Positions 1-9,572 of a stretch of DNA of 64,000 nt are shown here, piece by piece. A model generated the notes under the pieces. That model did not search any database and was not told where the DNA came from. It saw only the letters and a program-made list of their open reading frames with translations. The translations under genes were made by a program, and so were the position numbers. This DNA is from a virus. Taxonomy: Duplodnaviria > Heunggongvirae > Uroviricota > Caudoviricetes. The DNA lies in IMG/VR virus record IMGVR_UViG_3300043399_000676; one strand, 5' to 3'. Each line of letters begins with the position of its first letter. The first letter of the stretch is position 1.

Positions 1-1
1 A

Positions 2-619
2 CCTATTCGTTGGGAAATAAAGAACACAGGAGTAACTGCTAGTAATAGTCAACTTATGATGATTTGCGGCAGCGCATACTGTGAGGGTGCAGACTACGAA
101 ACTGGCTGGCAGCGTAGTGTAAGTACAGGTGCAAGTGCAGTTAGTCTTACTTCTGCAAATAGTGCAGCATATGGTCATTGTGTTTTGGCTGTTCGTTTAA
201 CAAACACTCAGCAAGGTAGAGCCAATAGATCATTGGCACGATTAAAAAGTTTTAATTTTATCACTGACGTAGACGTTAGATATAGAGTGGTATTGCTTCC
301 AAATAGTATTGCAACATTTGCTACTGCCCCTACTTGGGCAGATATTCCCGGTGCAGGCTGGACTCAATATGCAACAGACATCGCAATGAATCCCGCTTGG
401 CAAGATGGAACAAACTACACAGTATTGTATGATGATTTTGCATTAGGCACTAAAGGCAACAATAATGCAATCGCAGGCACTGAAGATGTAAAGAACAGAA
501 TTAGCACTATATATCAGAATTATGCAGCAAATGATAGTCAGTGTTTTGCTATTATAGGATACTATCTCGGTTCAACTGCTGCCGTTAGGGCAAGTATGTC
601 CTGGTTAGAGGTTAAATAA
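2..619 (+). CDS. 5'-truncated virion structural protein (C-terminal part)
   Basis: The frame is open from position 2 (PIRWEIKNTGVTASNSQLMMICGS...). It resembles the LPxRYEIxNTG...KQICS motif of beta-rich phage virion proteins. Confidence 0.55.
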   Translation, partial: PIRWEIKNTGVTASNSQLMMICGSAYCEGADYETGWQRSVSTGASAVSLTSANSAAYGHCVLAVRLTNTQQGRANRSLARLKSFNFITDVDVRYRVVLLPNSIATFATAPTWADIPGAGWTQYATDIAMNPAWQDGTNYTVLYDDFALGTKGNNNAIAGTEDVKNRISTIYQNYAANDSQCFAIIGYYLGSTAAVRASMSWLEVK

Positions 620-621
620 GA

Positions 622-2184
622 ATGAGTAAGCCAAAAAATAACAAAACAGTAAATTTAATTAAGGATCCCTATGTAAAGACTTTCTTTAAGGATGAATCCG
701 AATTAGAGGACTTTGTAAAGTGCTCAGATCCTGTAACAGGGCCAATGTACTTCATGAGCAACTTTTTTTATATACAGCACCCAACAAAGGGAAGTATGTT
801 GTATAAGCCATACCTGTATCAAGAAAAGCTGATAGAAACATATCATAATTATCAATATTGCATCAATATGTTATCCAGACAATTAGGCAAGTCTACTAGC
901 GCAGCTGGATATCTACTTTGGTATGCTATGTTTGTTCCAGATAGTACGATACTTATTGCTGCACACAAGTATTCAGGTGCTCAAGAAATTATGCAGCGTA
1001 TTCGATATGCATATGAAAATTGTCCTGATTATATAAAAGCTGGAGTAGTTACTTATAATAAAGGCTCTTTGGACTTTGAAAACGGATCTAGAATTATTTC
1101 GGCAACTACAACAGAAAATACAGGTCGAGGTCTATCTATTTCATTACTGTACTTGGATGAGTTTGCCTTCGTTAGACCCTCAATAGCTGAGGCGTTCTGG
1201 GTATCTATTACCCCTACTTTGTCAACTGGTGGTAAAGCGATTATAACTAGCACTCCCAACTCAGATGAAGACCAGTTTGCTCAAATTTGGCACGCTGCTA
1301 ATAAGTGCGAAGACGAATATGGTAACTCTACAGAAGTAGGTATTAATGGATTTAAAGCTTTTCAAGCTCTATGGTACGAACATCCTGAGCGAGATGAGAA
1401 ATGGGCTGAAAAGATGAAGGCTCAATTGGGAACTGAAAAGTTCGAACGAGAAATGAATTGTAAATTCATATCAGCAGATGAGACTCTGATAAATCCGTTA
1501 ACTCTTGCTACACTTACTGGAATTGAGCCAATTGAAAGACAAGGACAAATAAGGTGGTATAAAAAACCAACAAAAGAGGGAATATACGTTGTTGCGCTTG
1601 ATCCAAGTTTAGGGACTGGTAGTGATCCTGCTGCTATCCAAATTTTTGATGCAACTACTACTACGCAGATAGGCGAATGGAAACATAATAAAACTGATAT
1701 ACCCTCTCAGATACGATTACTTGCTCAAATTAACAAGTATATCGCAGAGTGCACCGGTAAGCCAAATGATATCTATTATAGTATTGAAAACAACACCATA
1801 GGTGAAGCAGCCCTAGTTTCATTGCATGAATATGGTGAACACAATATTCCAGGTATTTTTATAAGCGAGCGAGGTAAGAAAAGAAAGGGATTCTTAACAG
1901 GACCAAAAACTAAACTTGCGGCTTGTGCAAAGCTTAAGTCTTTAGTCGAGAGCAAAAGATTGACAATTAATAGCAAGAGTTTAATAAGTGAGTTGAAGGT
2001 TTTTGTAGCATCCGGTGGTAGCTATGCTGCAAAGATAGGAGACCATGATGATCTTGTAATGGCTGCTCTTCTAGCAGTTAGAGTAATGCAACAGTTAGGG
2101 GATTTTTACTTTGAGTTAGAAAATCAAATCAAAGATCACGAAGAGATCATCATGCCCATGCCTTTCTATGCAGTTATTGCCTAA
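622..2184 (+). CDS. terL: Terminase large subunit (T4 gp17-like)
   Basis: Walker A-like SRQLGKST, Walker B LLYLDEFAF, coupling motif ITSTPN, and nuclease motifs ALDPSLGTGSD and HDDLVMA. Confidence 0.95.
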   Translation: MSKPKNNKTVNLIKDPYVKTFFKDESELEDFVKCSDPVTGPMYFMSNFFYIQHPTKGSMLYKPYLYQEKLIETYHNYQYCINMLSRQLGKSTSAAGYLLWYAMFVPDSTILIAAHKYSGAQEIMQRIRYAYENCPDYIKAGVVTYNKGSLDFENGSRIISATTTENTGRGLSISLLYLDEFAFVRPSIAEAFWVSITPTLSTGGKAIITSTPNSDEDQFAQIWHAANKCEDEYGNSTEVGINGFKAFQALWYEHPERDEKWAEKMKAQLGTEKFEREMNCKFISADETLINPLTLATLTGIEPIERQGQIRWYKKPTKEGIYVVALDPSLGTGSDPAAIQIFDATTTTQIGEWKHNKTDIPSQIRLLAQINKYIAECTGKPNDIYYSIENNTIGEAALVSLHEYGEHNIPGIFISERGKKRKGFLTGPKTKLAACAKLKSLVESKRLTINSKSLISELKVFVASGGSYAAKIGDHDDLVMAALLAVRVMQQLGDFYFELENQIKDHEEIIMPMPFYAVIA

Positions 2185-2215
2185 GATCGAATAAATACAG
2201 AACTGAGAAAATATT

Positions 2216-4804
2216 ATGCCAAAGAACACGAAATCTATTAATGCTGAACTATTCAATTTACTAAAGTCCAGGGGCTATTCCCCTACGCCATATGATAGTA
2301 ATGGAAAAGTTGCCCCTGTCATCGACGATGCTGAAGTTTTTCAATTCAATTTCAAAAAAGACGGGATCGATTATGGACCGGTTACATTGTCGGTAGATGG
2401 GACAAATGATTTGAAAATTTACTACGGAGATGAAGTTGCAAATAGCCCCAAATCTCCTCAGCTAACCGAACAAGGTGAGCACCGTGACCTATCATGGTAT
2501 CAACTACTTAGAAGACTGAAGAAGTTTGCTAAAAATAGACAACTTGGGTTCGAACTCTCTGATCAAGATGATTTAAAGTATGACCTGGCTAAACGAGTTC
2601 ATACCAAAAATATCTCTGAAGGATATCATCCAATGGGTAAACAGAAAAGTTGGAACGATTCAGTTCCAGCAGTTAAAATGATCCTTAAACATTCTAGACC
2701 TATAGGAGAAGGTGAACAACGCTTCAGACATGTAGAAAAAATATTCATAGAAAATGCTGAGGGTGAAAGAATTTTATCACCATCTAACAAGCCAGGAATT
2801 GCAAGGGCTTTTGCAAGGCATATTGCAGAAGGAGGATCTCCAAATGATGAGAGATGGAATCACATCAAATCTATTTGTGAAGATTATAATAAGCTCGGTG
2901 GATTCGTTCGTGCAACTAAGCACGGACAATTCAACGAATCAGCACAGAAATTAGTAGATGAAAGCGTACAACATTATCATGATTTAAGATCCACTCTTCA
3001 TAGATTATCTAGCAAAAGAGGGTATGGCACTTATTTTGAGAGTTGGACTCCGACTCTCATAGAGGATGATGATTCTGCGTCAGATGATTTGGAAACTATG
3101 TTTAGAAATAGCAGAATTGACCCAAGGATCGAAAGTGCATTACCCGTACTAAAGAAAATATCAAAGAAACTGACAGAAATCTCGTTAAATGAAGTCGATG
3201 AGCTAGAAGAATGGGCAAATGAAATAATAGACGAAAATTTGTTACCTAACTCACCAGAAGAAATCGAAAAGATAACTGATCTTCTACTAGATGACGAGCC
3301 GTTGACAGCAGGTCCGAATGGACAGAATGCAATTAAAACATTGGATGGTTACTTAGAAGACGATGAACTATCAGACGAACTTAAAAAAGTAGGAAGCAAA
3401 GATCCAGATTTGGATACTAAGGATACTATTGCAGATTGGATGCATGGTAGACCTGAACCAAAGTTAAAAAACATCGCTTACAAGTATCAAAAAGAAAAAG
3501 CAGGGAAACCAAAACAAGTAAAACCAGATATTAAAAAGAAAGAAACAACTCCAAACGAACCTGAACCCATTGCACCGACTCCTGCACCTGCACCGACTCC
3601 TGCACCTGCACCGACTCCTGCACCTGCACCGAATCCTGCACCTGCACCGAATCCTGCACCTGCACCGACTCAGCCGCCATTAAAGGAAAACATTTCAATA
3701 AAACAGAAAAAAGTAGGACAATTAGGTCCAACAGAAAGAATAAATAAGTCTAACCCCACACGAGGAAAATTAGTAGGTGTGGCGGAAGGCAGTTATGAAG
3801 AAACTGAAGAAACTGCTGTAATAAACATGTTTGAAAAACTTGTCAGACAAGGTCGTGATCCGATTGATATGATCGCACATAAATTTGGTTGGGGATCATA
3901 CGAGCTTGACCAATTAGCAAAAAACCTTGGGTTCAAGAATAATGCCGACTGGGCACAAGGCGCAAAACAAGGGAAAGGTGTTACACAAATAAACCAAACA
4001 ATAAAGGAAAACATTTCAATAAAACAGAAAAAAGTAGGCCAATTAGGCCCAACAGAAAAAATTGGTAGGTCTAACCCTACCCGAGGAAAACACGCCGGCG
4101 CATTAAATGAAGGGCAAGAGATCAGCGACACCCTTCTCAGTAGAGCAATGGATCTTCCAGGAGCACATGAAATTTTCAATCAAGTTATGCGTAAATTTAA
4201 AACTGTACGGGATTGGGAAGAAGGATTTCCGCAGCTAACTGACGATCAAGCAAAATATCTAGTTTATTGGCAACGAGAGTACGAGAATGTAAAAAACACT
4301 GGTAGAGATGCGATTATTGCACCCTCAAAAGCCCATATTTTGGCTATGTTATATAAAGTCGAACCTACATTGTTTAAATCATCATCTGCATCTACTGTAT
4401 CAAGACAAGAAGCTGAGAAGTTAGTACAGGACTACATCGATGCAAATCCTAGATACGGAGGATATTCACCAGAGACCCAAAAACAGATGGTGAATCTTGC
4501 AATGACAGACCCTAGAAGAAAAAAAGAATGGGAAGACCGTTTAACATGGCAACGTAGTCAAGGCATGCTATTCGATCAACAAGCCGCCGAGAAGTTAGTA
4601 CAGGACTACATCGATGCGTATCCTAGATACGGAGGATATTCACCGGCAACCCGCACCATTATGGTGCGGGATGTCCTGAGAGACCCTAAAAAAAGAAAAG
4701 AATTAGAAAACGAATTAAAATGGCAACATAGCCAAGGTGTGGCGAAAGAATTAAAAGAAGGACAAGAAGACCTAGAAGCAATACTAAGAATCGTCAGAAG
4801 GTAA
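2216..4804 (+). CDS. 862-aa modular late protein, probable head/internal protein
   Basis: TAAATA box at 2192-2197. Globular N-terminal half, Pro-Ala-Thr linker and duplicated C-terminal modules. Confidence 0.6.
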   Translation: MPKNTKSINAELFNLLKSRGYSPTPYDSNGKVAPVIDDAEVFQFNFKKDGIDYGPVTLSVDGTNDLKIYYGDEVANSPKSPQLTEQGEHRDLSWYQLLRRLKKFAKNRQLGFELSDQDDLKYDLAKRVHTKNISEGYHPMGKQKSWNDSVPAVKMILKHSRPIGEGEQRFRHVEKIFIENAEGERILSPSNKPGIARAFARHIAEGGSPNDERWNHIKSICEDYNKLGGFVRATKHGQFNESAQKLVDESVQHYHDLRSTLHRLSSKRGYGTYFESWTPTLIEDDDSASDDLETMFRNSRIDPRIESALPVLKKISKKLTEISLNEVDELEEWANEIIDENLLPNSPEEIEKITDLLLDDEPLTAGPNGQNAIKTLDGYLEDDELSDELKKVGSKDPDLDTKDTIADWMHGRPEPKLKNIAYKYQKEKAGKPKQVKPDIKKKETTPNEPEPIAPTPAPAPTPAPAPTPAPAPNPAPAPNPAPAPTQPPLKENISIKQKKVGQLGPTERINKSNPTRGKLVGVAEGSYEETEETAVINMFEKLVRQGRDPIDMIAHKFGWGSYELDQLAKNLGFKNNADWAQGAKQGKGVTQINQTIKENISIKQKKVGQLGPTEKIGRSNPTRGKHAGALNEGQEISDTLLSRAMDLPGAHEIFNQVMRKFKTVRDWEEGFPQLTDDQAKYLVYWQREYENVKNTGRDAIIAPSKAHILAMLYKVEPTLFKSSSASTVSRQEAEKLVQDYIDANPRYGGYSPETQKQMVNLAMTDPRRKKEWEDRLTWQRSQGMLFDQQAAEKLVQDYIDAYPRYGGYSPATRTIMVRDVLRDPKKRKELENELKWQHSQGVAKELKEGQEDLEAILRIVRR
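3572..3670 (+). repeat. 18-bp tandem repeat x5.5 (GCACCGA[C/A]TCCTGCACCT) encoding AP[T/N]PAP
   Basis: Read directly from the sequence. Confidence 0.97.
3681..4089 (+). repeat. Dispersed ~88-bp intragenic duplication (3681-3768 and 4002-4089) encoding KENISIKQKKVGQLGPTE.I..SNPTRGK
   Basis: Direct alignment by eye shows about 9 mismatches. Confidence 0.93.
4402..4742 (+). repeat. Tandem duplication of a ~58-aa module (AEKLVQDYIDA.PRYGGYSP...DP...KE.E..L.WQ.SQG), 174-bp period
   Basis: GAGAAGTTAGTACAGGACTACATCGATGC occurs at 4415 and 4589. Confidence 0.93.
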
Positions 4805-4811
4805 TTCTCCC

Positions 4812-4837
4812 AAAAGCCGCACTTTTTGTGCGGTTTT
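4812..4837 (+). terminator. Intrinsic terminator hairpin
   Basis: AAAAGCCGCAC-ttttt-GTGCGGTTTT just after the stop codon. Confidence 0.75.
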
Positions 4838-4850
4838 CCACGGCTGGGCA

Positions 4851-4889
4851 TAAATACATTTGACGTTCAGATGGCATACATTGTATAAT
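4851..4889 (+). promoter_or_regulatory. Tandem late box (TAAATA 4851-4856) and sigma70-type promoter (TTGACG 4860-4865, 18-nt spacer, TATAAT 4884-4889) for ssb
   Basis: Both match consensus. Confidence 0.75.
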
Positions 4890-4972
4890 GTTTGAATGTT
4901 AGTAGTTGTCTCCGACAACACGACATAGGCATACTTAGGCTCAACATAGGCACATTTTAAGGAGAAAAACAA

Positions 4973-5944
4973 ATGGCTACATTAGCAGAAATCCGCGCTC
5001 GTATTGCAGCGCAAGAAACCAAAACACAACAAAAATCATCTGGTCCAAGTGACAACGCAATTTATCCTTTCTGGAATATCGAAGAAGGCAAAACTGCGAA
5101 ACTCCGTTTTCTCCCAGATGGAAACTCAAGTAATACTTTCTTTTGGGTAGAACGTCAGATTATCAAGCTTCAGTTCAATGGAGTTGAGGGGAACCCAAAT
5201 TTCAAACAAGTTACTGTGCAAGTTCCTTGTGTAGAAATGTACGGTGAAAATTGCCCTGTTCTAGCTGAAGTTCGTCCTTGGTATAAAGACGAAACACTAA
5301 AAGAACAAGCAAACAAGTATTGGAAAAAGCGGTCTTACATCTTCCAAGGATTTGTTCGACAAAATCCTCTAGAAGATGACAAGACTCCGGAGAATCCAAT
5401 TCGAAGATTTGTCATTAGCCCACAGCTAATCCCAATCATTAAAGCTGGACTTATGGATCCCGAAATCCTTGAGCTACCTACTGATTATCTTCGTGGTCTT
5501 GATTTTAACATCAATAAGACAAGCAAAGGTGGATATGCTGACTACAGTACTAGTAACTGGAGTCGCCGAGAGTCTCCGCTGACTGAAGTCGAACAAGCAG
5601 CAATTGAGACATATGGTCTCAGTAATTTGGCTGACTTTCTTCCAAAGAAGCCGAGTGAAACTGAACTCCGTATTATCAAGGAAATGTTTGAAGCTTCAGT
5701 TGAAGGTCGCCCATATGATCCAAACAAATGGGGAGCATATTACAAGCCATACGGACTTGATATTGGCCCTTCGACTCCCAAGTCAGAAAACAATAAAGTA
5801 GAAGAAAGCTCTCCTGTTGTGGAAGACGAAGTTGAGGAACTAGAAACTTCATCTCCAGTCGTCATTCCAAAGAAAACTGGAGCAGACAATGACAAAGCAA
5901 AAGATATTTTGGCTTTGATCAGGGCTAGACAAGCAAAGAGCTAA
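4973..5944 (+). CDS. ssb: Single-stranded DNA-binding protein (T4 gp32-like)
   Basis: LRFLPDG, CPVL and YWKKRSY motifs, acidic C-terminal region, strong RBS, upstream of uvsX. Confidence 0.9.
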   Translation: MATLAEIRARIAAQETKTQQKSSGPSDNAIYPFWNIEEGKTAKLRFLPDGNSSNTFFWVERQIIKLQFNGVEGNPNFKQVTVQVPCVEMYGENCPVLAEVRPWYKDETLKEQANKYWKKRSYIFQGFVRQNPLEDDKTPENPIRRFVISPQLIPIIKAGLMDPEILELPTDYLRGLDFNINKTSKGGYADYSTSNWSRRESPLTEVEQAAIETYGLSNLADFLPKKPSETELRIIKEMFEASVEGRPYDPNKWGAYYKPYGLDIGPSTPKSENNKVEESSPVVEDEVEELETSSPVVIPKKTGADNDKAKDILALIRARQAKS

Positions 5945-5948
5945 GACT

Positions 5949-5976
5949 CATAGGGTAGTGGTAACACACTACCCTA
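5949..5976 (+). terminator. Hairpin after ssb
   Basis: ATAGGGTAGTG-gtaaca-CACTACCCTAT is a perfect 11-bp stem, but the U tail is weak. Confidence 0.55.
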
Positions 5977-5995
5977 TCTATTAGGGAGAAACAAA

Positions 5996-6232
5996 ATGAC
6001 CACATCAGACGAACGTTACCGTGCCCTAAGGCAAGGTAAAAAATTACTAGAGGAACTCTGTGATCCAGGAAAGACTCCCAGAGTTCCTAGTATTGTGAGA
6101 GATCGAGCAAAATCAATTCTTCGTCATTACCCAAACGAGTATGAACTGGAGAGGATTGCAGACAGTTCACCAGAGTACTTGGATAAAGTCTCGTATCTTG
6201 ATAGAATGTATACTCAGAATAAAGGAAATTAG
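5996..6232 (+). CDS. Small hypothetical protein (BPSL0761-like)
   Basis: MTxxDERYRA...LCDPGKTPRVP..VRDRA..ILRHYP pattern; GGAGA RBS. Confidence 0.55.
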   Translation: MTTSDERYRALRQGKKLLEELCDPGKTPRVPSIVRDRAKSILRHYPNEYELERIADSSPEYLDKVSYLDRMYTQNKGN

Positions 6233-6234
6233 AA

Positions 6235-6426
6235 ATGGCTAATCTGAAAAAACTAGCAAAAGTAAATGATTCTTTTACCATCAATCGCTATGACAATGGT
6301 TGGATGGTAGAAGTTAGCGGAAAAGATTCAAGCGGGGATTGGAAGACTTGTAAAGTTATGTGCCAATCGGAGCAGGAACTGTTAGACCTTGTATCAGAAT
6401 ACAATTCAATGGAGGTGGATAACTAA
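6235..6426 (+). CDS. Hypothetical protein
   Basis: ORF in operon, coupled to uvsX (TAATG). Confidence 0.7.
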   Translation: MANLKKLAKVNDSFTINRYDNGWMVEVSGKDSSGDWKTCKVMCQSEQELLDLVSEYNSMEVDN

Positions 6427-7496
6427 TGGCTCGTCCTTTTGATGTTGCAAAGTTTCGCAAAGATATTACCAAGAGTATTGAGGGACTGAGTATTGGCTTC
6501 AACGATCCTACTGATTGGGTAAGCACTGGAAACTATGCACTAAACTATCTAATCAGTGGCGATTTCAATCGCGGCGTGCCTCTAGGCAAAGTAACTGTTT
6601 TTGCAGGAGAGTCCGGATCGGGTAAATCGTATATTTGCTCTGGTAATCTTGTACGACATGCACAAGCACAAGGAATCTTTGTAGTTCTTATCGACTCGGA
6701 AAATGCACTCGATGAAGAATGGTTGCATAATCTCGGTGTTGATACTTCAGAAGACAAGCTTCTCAAACTCAACATGGCTATGATTGATGATGTCGCTAAA
6801 ACCATCTCAGAATTTATGAAGGGTTACAAAGCAATGCCACAAGAAGAACGACCTAAAGTCATGTTTATCATCGACAGTCTTGGTATGCTACTAACTCCTA
6901 CTGACGTTAATCAGTTTGAAGCAGGTGATATGAAAGGTGACATGGGTCGTAAACCCAAGGCGCTAACTGCTCTTGTTCGCAACTGTGTTAACATGTTTGG
7001 TAGTCACAATGTAGGACTAATCGCTACTAATCATACCTACGCTTCACAAGATATGTTTGATCCTGATGATAAGATTTCAGGCGGACAAGGTTTTATTTAC
7101 GCTAGTTCAATCGTTGTTGCTATGCGTAAACTTAAACTGAAAGAAGACGAAGATGGTAACAAGGTAAGTGAAGTTCGTGGTATTCGCTCTGCATGTAAAG
7201 TGATGAAAACACGCTATGCTAAACCTTTTGAATCTGTACAGGTTAAAATCCCATATAGCACAGGGATGAATCCTTATTCAGGACTTCTTGACCTATTTGA
7301 AGGCGCTGGGTTGCTAGCTAAAGAAGGAAATCGCCTGTCATACACTACAAAAGACGGTGAAGTTCTCAAGTTCTTCCGCAAAGGATGGGAATCAAACGAG
7401 AATGGCTGTTTGGACAAGGTAATGACTGAATTCCAAGGAATTGAAAAATCTAAGATAAGTAGTGATGTATTAATTGAGGAGATCGATACAGAATGA
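6426..7496 (+). CDS. uvsX: RecA-like recombinase
   Basis: Walker A GESGSGKS, IIDSLG, TNHTY and GGQGFIYASS motifs. Confidence 0.95.
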   Translation: MARPFDVAKFRKDITKSIEGLSIGFNDPTDWVSTGNYALNYLISGDFNRGVPLGKVTVFAGESGSGKSYICSGNLVRHAQAQGIFVVLIDSENALDEEWLHNLGVDTSEDKLLKLNMAMIDDVAKTISEFMKGYKAMPQEERPKVMFIIDSLGMLLTPTDVNQFEAGDMKGDMGRKPKALTALVRNCVNMFGSHNVGLIATNHTYASQDMFDPDDKISGGQGFIYASSIVVAMRKLKLKEDEDGNKVSEVRGIRSACKVMKTRYAKPFESVQVKIPYSTGMNPYSGLLDLFEGAGLLAKEGNRLSYTTKDGEVLKFFRKGWESNENGCLDKVMTEFQGIEKSKISSDVLIEEIDTE

Positions 7497-7741
7497 ACTT
7501 AGATTTTGTTTCAAATGTCTGGGATGGTATAAAACCATACATTGCTGCAACTGATATTGATGAGGTTGCGGATCTAGTAGTTAACCTATGCATTGATAAT
7601 GACTTTGATGTATCTGAGATTAAAGAAGCATTTCGCGGCGACAAAGAAATTATCAAGGCACTAAAAGCCTTTACTGATCAATCCGAAGAGTATGATGACT
7701 ACGAAGATTATGAGGATGAGGACTATGAAGATTGGGACTAA
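7493..7741 (+). CDS. Small acidic hypothetical protein
   Basis: ATGA overlap with uvsX; D/E/Y-rich tail. Confidence 0.7.
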   Translation: MNLDFVSNVWDGIKPYIAATDIDEVADLVVNLCIDNDFDVSEIKEAFRGDKEIIKALKAFTDQSEEYDDYEDYEDEDYEDWD

Positions 7742-7750
7742 TCAATCACA

Positions 7751-8206
7751 ATGACCTGGTACACTAAGGTTACTCAGGATTTATCTGCTATTCCTGATTT
7801 TGTTGCACATTATGAATCAGAACTATTGTTAGCAAAGAAAGAGATTGCCATTTACGGAAACGTAGAAAAAAATCTTTCTTTGCTACCAGGAGTTACTGAA
7901 CATCGGTTCGGACAGCTTCAAGAAATTGAGGCTGTACTGAATTTTCTTAATATTCAACTTCGAAAAATAAAACGAAAGCATTTCCAAATGTATTTGGAAA
8001 AATACCCAAAAGCATTGTCAAGCCGCGATGCCGAGCGTTATGCTGACGGCGAAGATGAAGTGATTGACTTTGAAATACTAGTTAATGAGGTCGCTTTGCT
8101 TCGAAATCGATTTTTGGGCATTCTCAAGGGCCTTGAATCAAAGGGTTTTACATTAAACAACATCACCAAACTGCGATGTGCAGGAATGGAAGATACTTCT
8201 CTTTAG
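7751..8206 (+). CDS. uvsY: Recombination mediator UvsY-like
   Basis: Coiled-coil of ~150 aa with YLEKYPKALSSRDAERYADGE and a C-terminal AGMED, downstream of uvsX. Confidence 0.8.
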   Translation: MTWYTKVTQDLSAIPDFVAHYESELLLAKKEIAIYGNVEKNLSLLPGVTEHRFGQLQEIEAVLNFLNIQLRKIKRKHFQMYLEKYPKALSSRDAERYADGEDEVIDFEILVNEVALLRNRFLGILKGLESKGFTLNNITKLRCAGMEDTSL

Positions 8207-8213
8207 GATTAAA

Positions 8214-8945
8214 ATGAAAACTATTTTTGGTAGACACACTGGGTTATTGAGTATCCTCGATGCTTATGACAATGCTCCTTTGGAGGAACACCCTGGGCTA
8301 GTAAAAAAAGAAAAATACGAGTCAAAAGAAGATATTCTAGTATTAGCTGCTGCATGCCGTCGACTTGCAAAAGAAGGGGCAAATTTTACATTAACTGATC
8401 CCAGTGTGTACAAAAGAATCACTGAAGAAGATCGTGCCAAGGCTCTAGAAATTAGAGAATATTACAAACGTAAACTCACGTGGTCTGCTCTATCCTCCGA
8501 TCGACCTGAAAGTGGCTTTAGGACTGACTTAGGAAAAATTCTAAATTCAGACGGAAAGTCGTTTGAACCAAATGACTGCAAAGTAGCATATTACATGCCA
8601 GATTTCTATGAGTATGACATGACTATCGAAGAATTAAAATCTAAGGTAGTATCAGCATACATCAATGAAAACCCGCATAGTTTTGACTTGTGTACGTTAG
8701 AACTTACCCCTGAGTTATCGTTGGCTAACGCAGGAAAAAGAAAAAGACAGGAGTACTGGTTCAAAGACGATAAGAATCGTCCTGCTGTGATTCAAATCAA
8801 TACACCGAACCCATTGCTTAATGTATGGGAAAGGTTATTTCAACAATCGAAGTCTGTTAGTATTAGGGGACGAGTCCTGCAAAAGACTAGGGATGGATTT
8901 AAATTTTCTGTAATTGCAAATTGGGAATTGGTTGACAATCAATAA
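8214..8945 (+). CDS. Hypothetical protein
   Basis: Long ORF; AGGA RBS favours the ATG at 8214. Confidence 0.7.
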   Translation: MKTIFGRHTGLLSILDAYDNAPLEEHPGLVKKEKYESKEDILVLAAACRRLAKEGANFTLTDPSVYKRITEEDRAKALEIREYYKRKLTWSALSSDRPESGFRTDLGKILNSDGKSFEPNDCKVAYYMPDFYEYDMTIEELKSKVVSAYINENPHSFDLCTLELTPELSLANAGKRKRQEYWFKDDKNRPAVIQINTPNPLLNVWERLFQQSKSVSIRGRVLQKTRDGFKFSVIANWELVDNQ

Positions 8946-8959
8946 AAACGGTGTTAAAC
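8931..8959 (+). promoter_or_regulatory. Early (sigma70-type) promoter
   Basis: TTGACA-N17-TAAACT with extended TG. Confidence 0.7.
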
Positions 8960-8985
8960 TGTTGTTCTCTTGAGTGAGATAAATT

Positions 8986-9483
8986 ATGGCATGGATTCAA
9001 AACGTTCCTCTCTCTGCTATCCCGAAAGGGCACCACTTTGATGCGGGCGTCAATTCCATGCTCATTCAGATTGTTGACCCTGATCTGGATTTCCCTGTTC
9101 CGAAATATGAGTTCAAGGAGATCCATCAGTTCAAGTTTCTTGATCTGGAAAAGGATGATGCTTATGGCGAGGAATTTAAGATCACTGATGCTCAGGCAAA
9201 GTCGCTGGTCCAGATTCTGCAACATGCACTTGACAATCACATGAACGTCATCGTTCATTGTGTAGCTGGTGTCTGTCGTAGTGGTGCAGTAACAGAGGTT
9301 GGAATCATGATGGGTTTCGATGACACCGAAGTTCATCGTAGTCCCAACCTGCTGGTCAAGCACAAGATGATGAAGTGTCTGGGCTGGACCTATGATGAAG
9401 ATGAGCCCTATACTGAAAATGGGGCTCCCTTCTACTACGATGAACTCAATAACAAGGTTTTTCTGAGCGACCCAAAGGCTTGA
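8986..9483 (+). CDS. Cys-based (tyrosine/dual-specificity-like) phosphatase
   Basis: P-loop HCVAGVCRS matches HCx5R(S). Confidence 0.8.
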   Translation: MAWIQNVPLSAIPKGHHFDAGVNSMLIQIVDPDLDFPVPKYEFKEIHQFKFLDLEKDDAYGEEFKITDAQAKSLVQILQHALDNHMNVIVHCVAGVCRSGAVTEVGIMMGFDDTEVHRSPNLLVKHKMMKCLGWTYDEDEPYTENGAPFYYDELNNKVFLSDPKA

Positions 9484-9508
9484 CAATAAATCCAGTTTTT
9501 GCTATACT
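9480..9508 (+). promoter_or_regulatory. Early promoter
   Basis: TTGACA-ataaatccagtttttgc-TATACT, 17-nt spacer. Confidence 0.8.
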
Positions 9509-9572
9509 TATGAAAGTCGAGTTGCAGGGAATTTGGGTAGTAAAGTTGATCTGAGCAGTAGTAGAAAAAAGG

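Noticed and set aside
3681-4742. Possible DGR template/variable repeat pairs
   Set aside because: Mismatches are biased toward A in the first pair but also occur at T, G and C. Both copies are in frame in one gene and no reverse transcriptase is in the window, so ordinary duplication is more likely.
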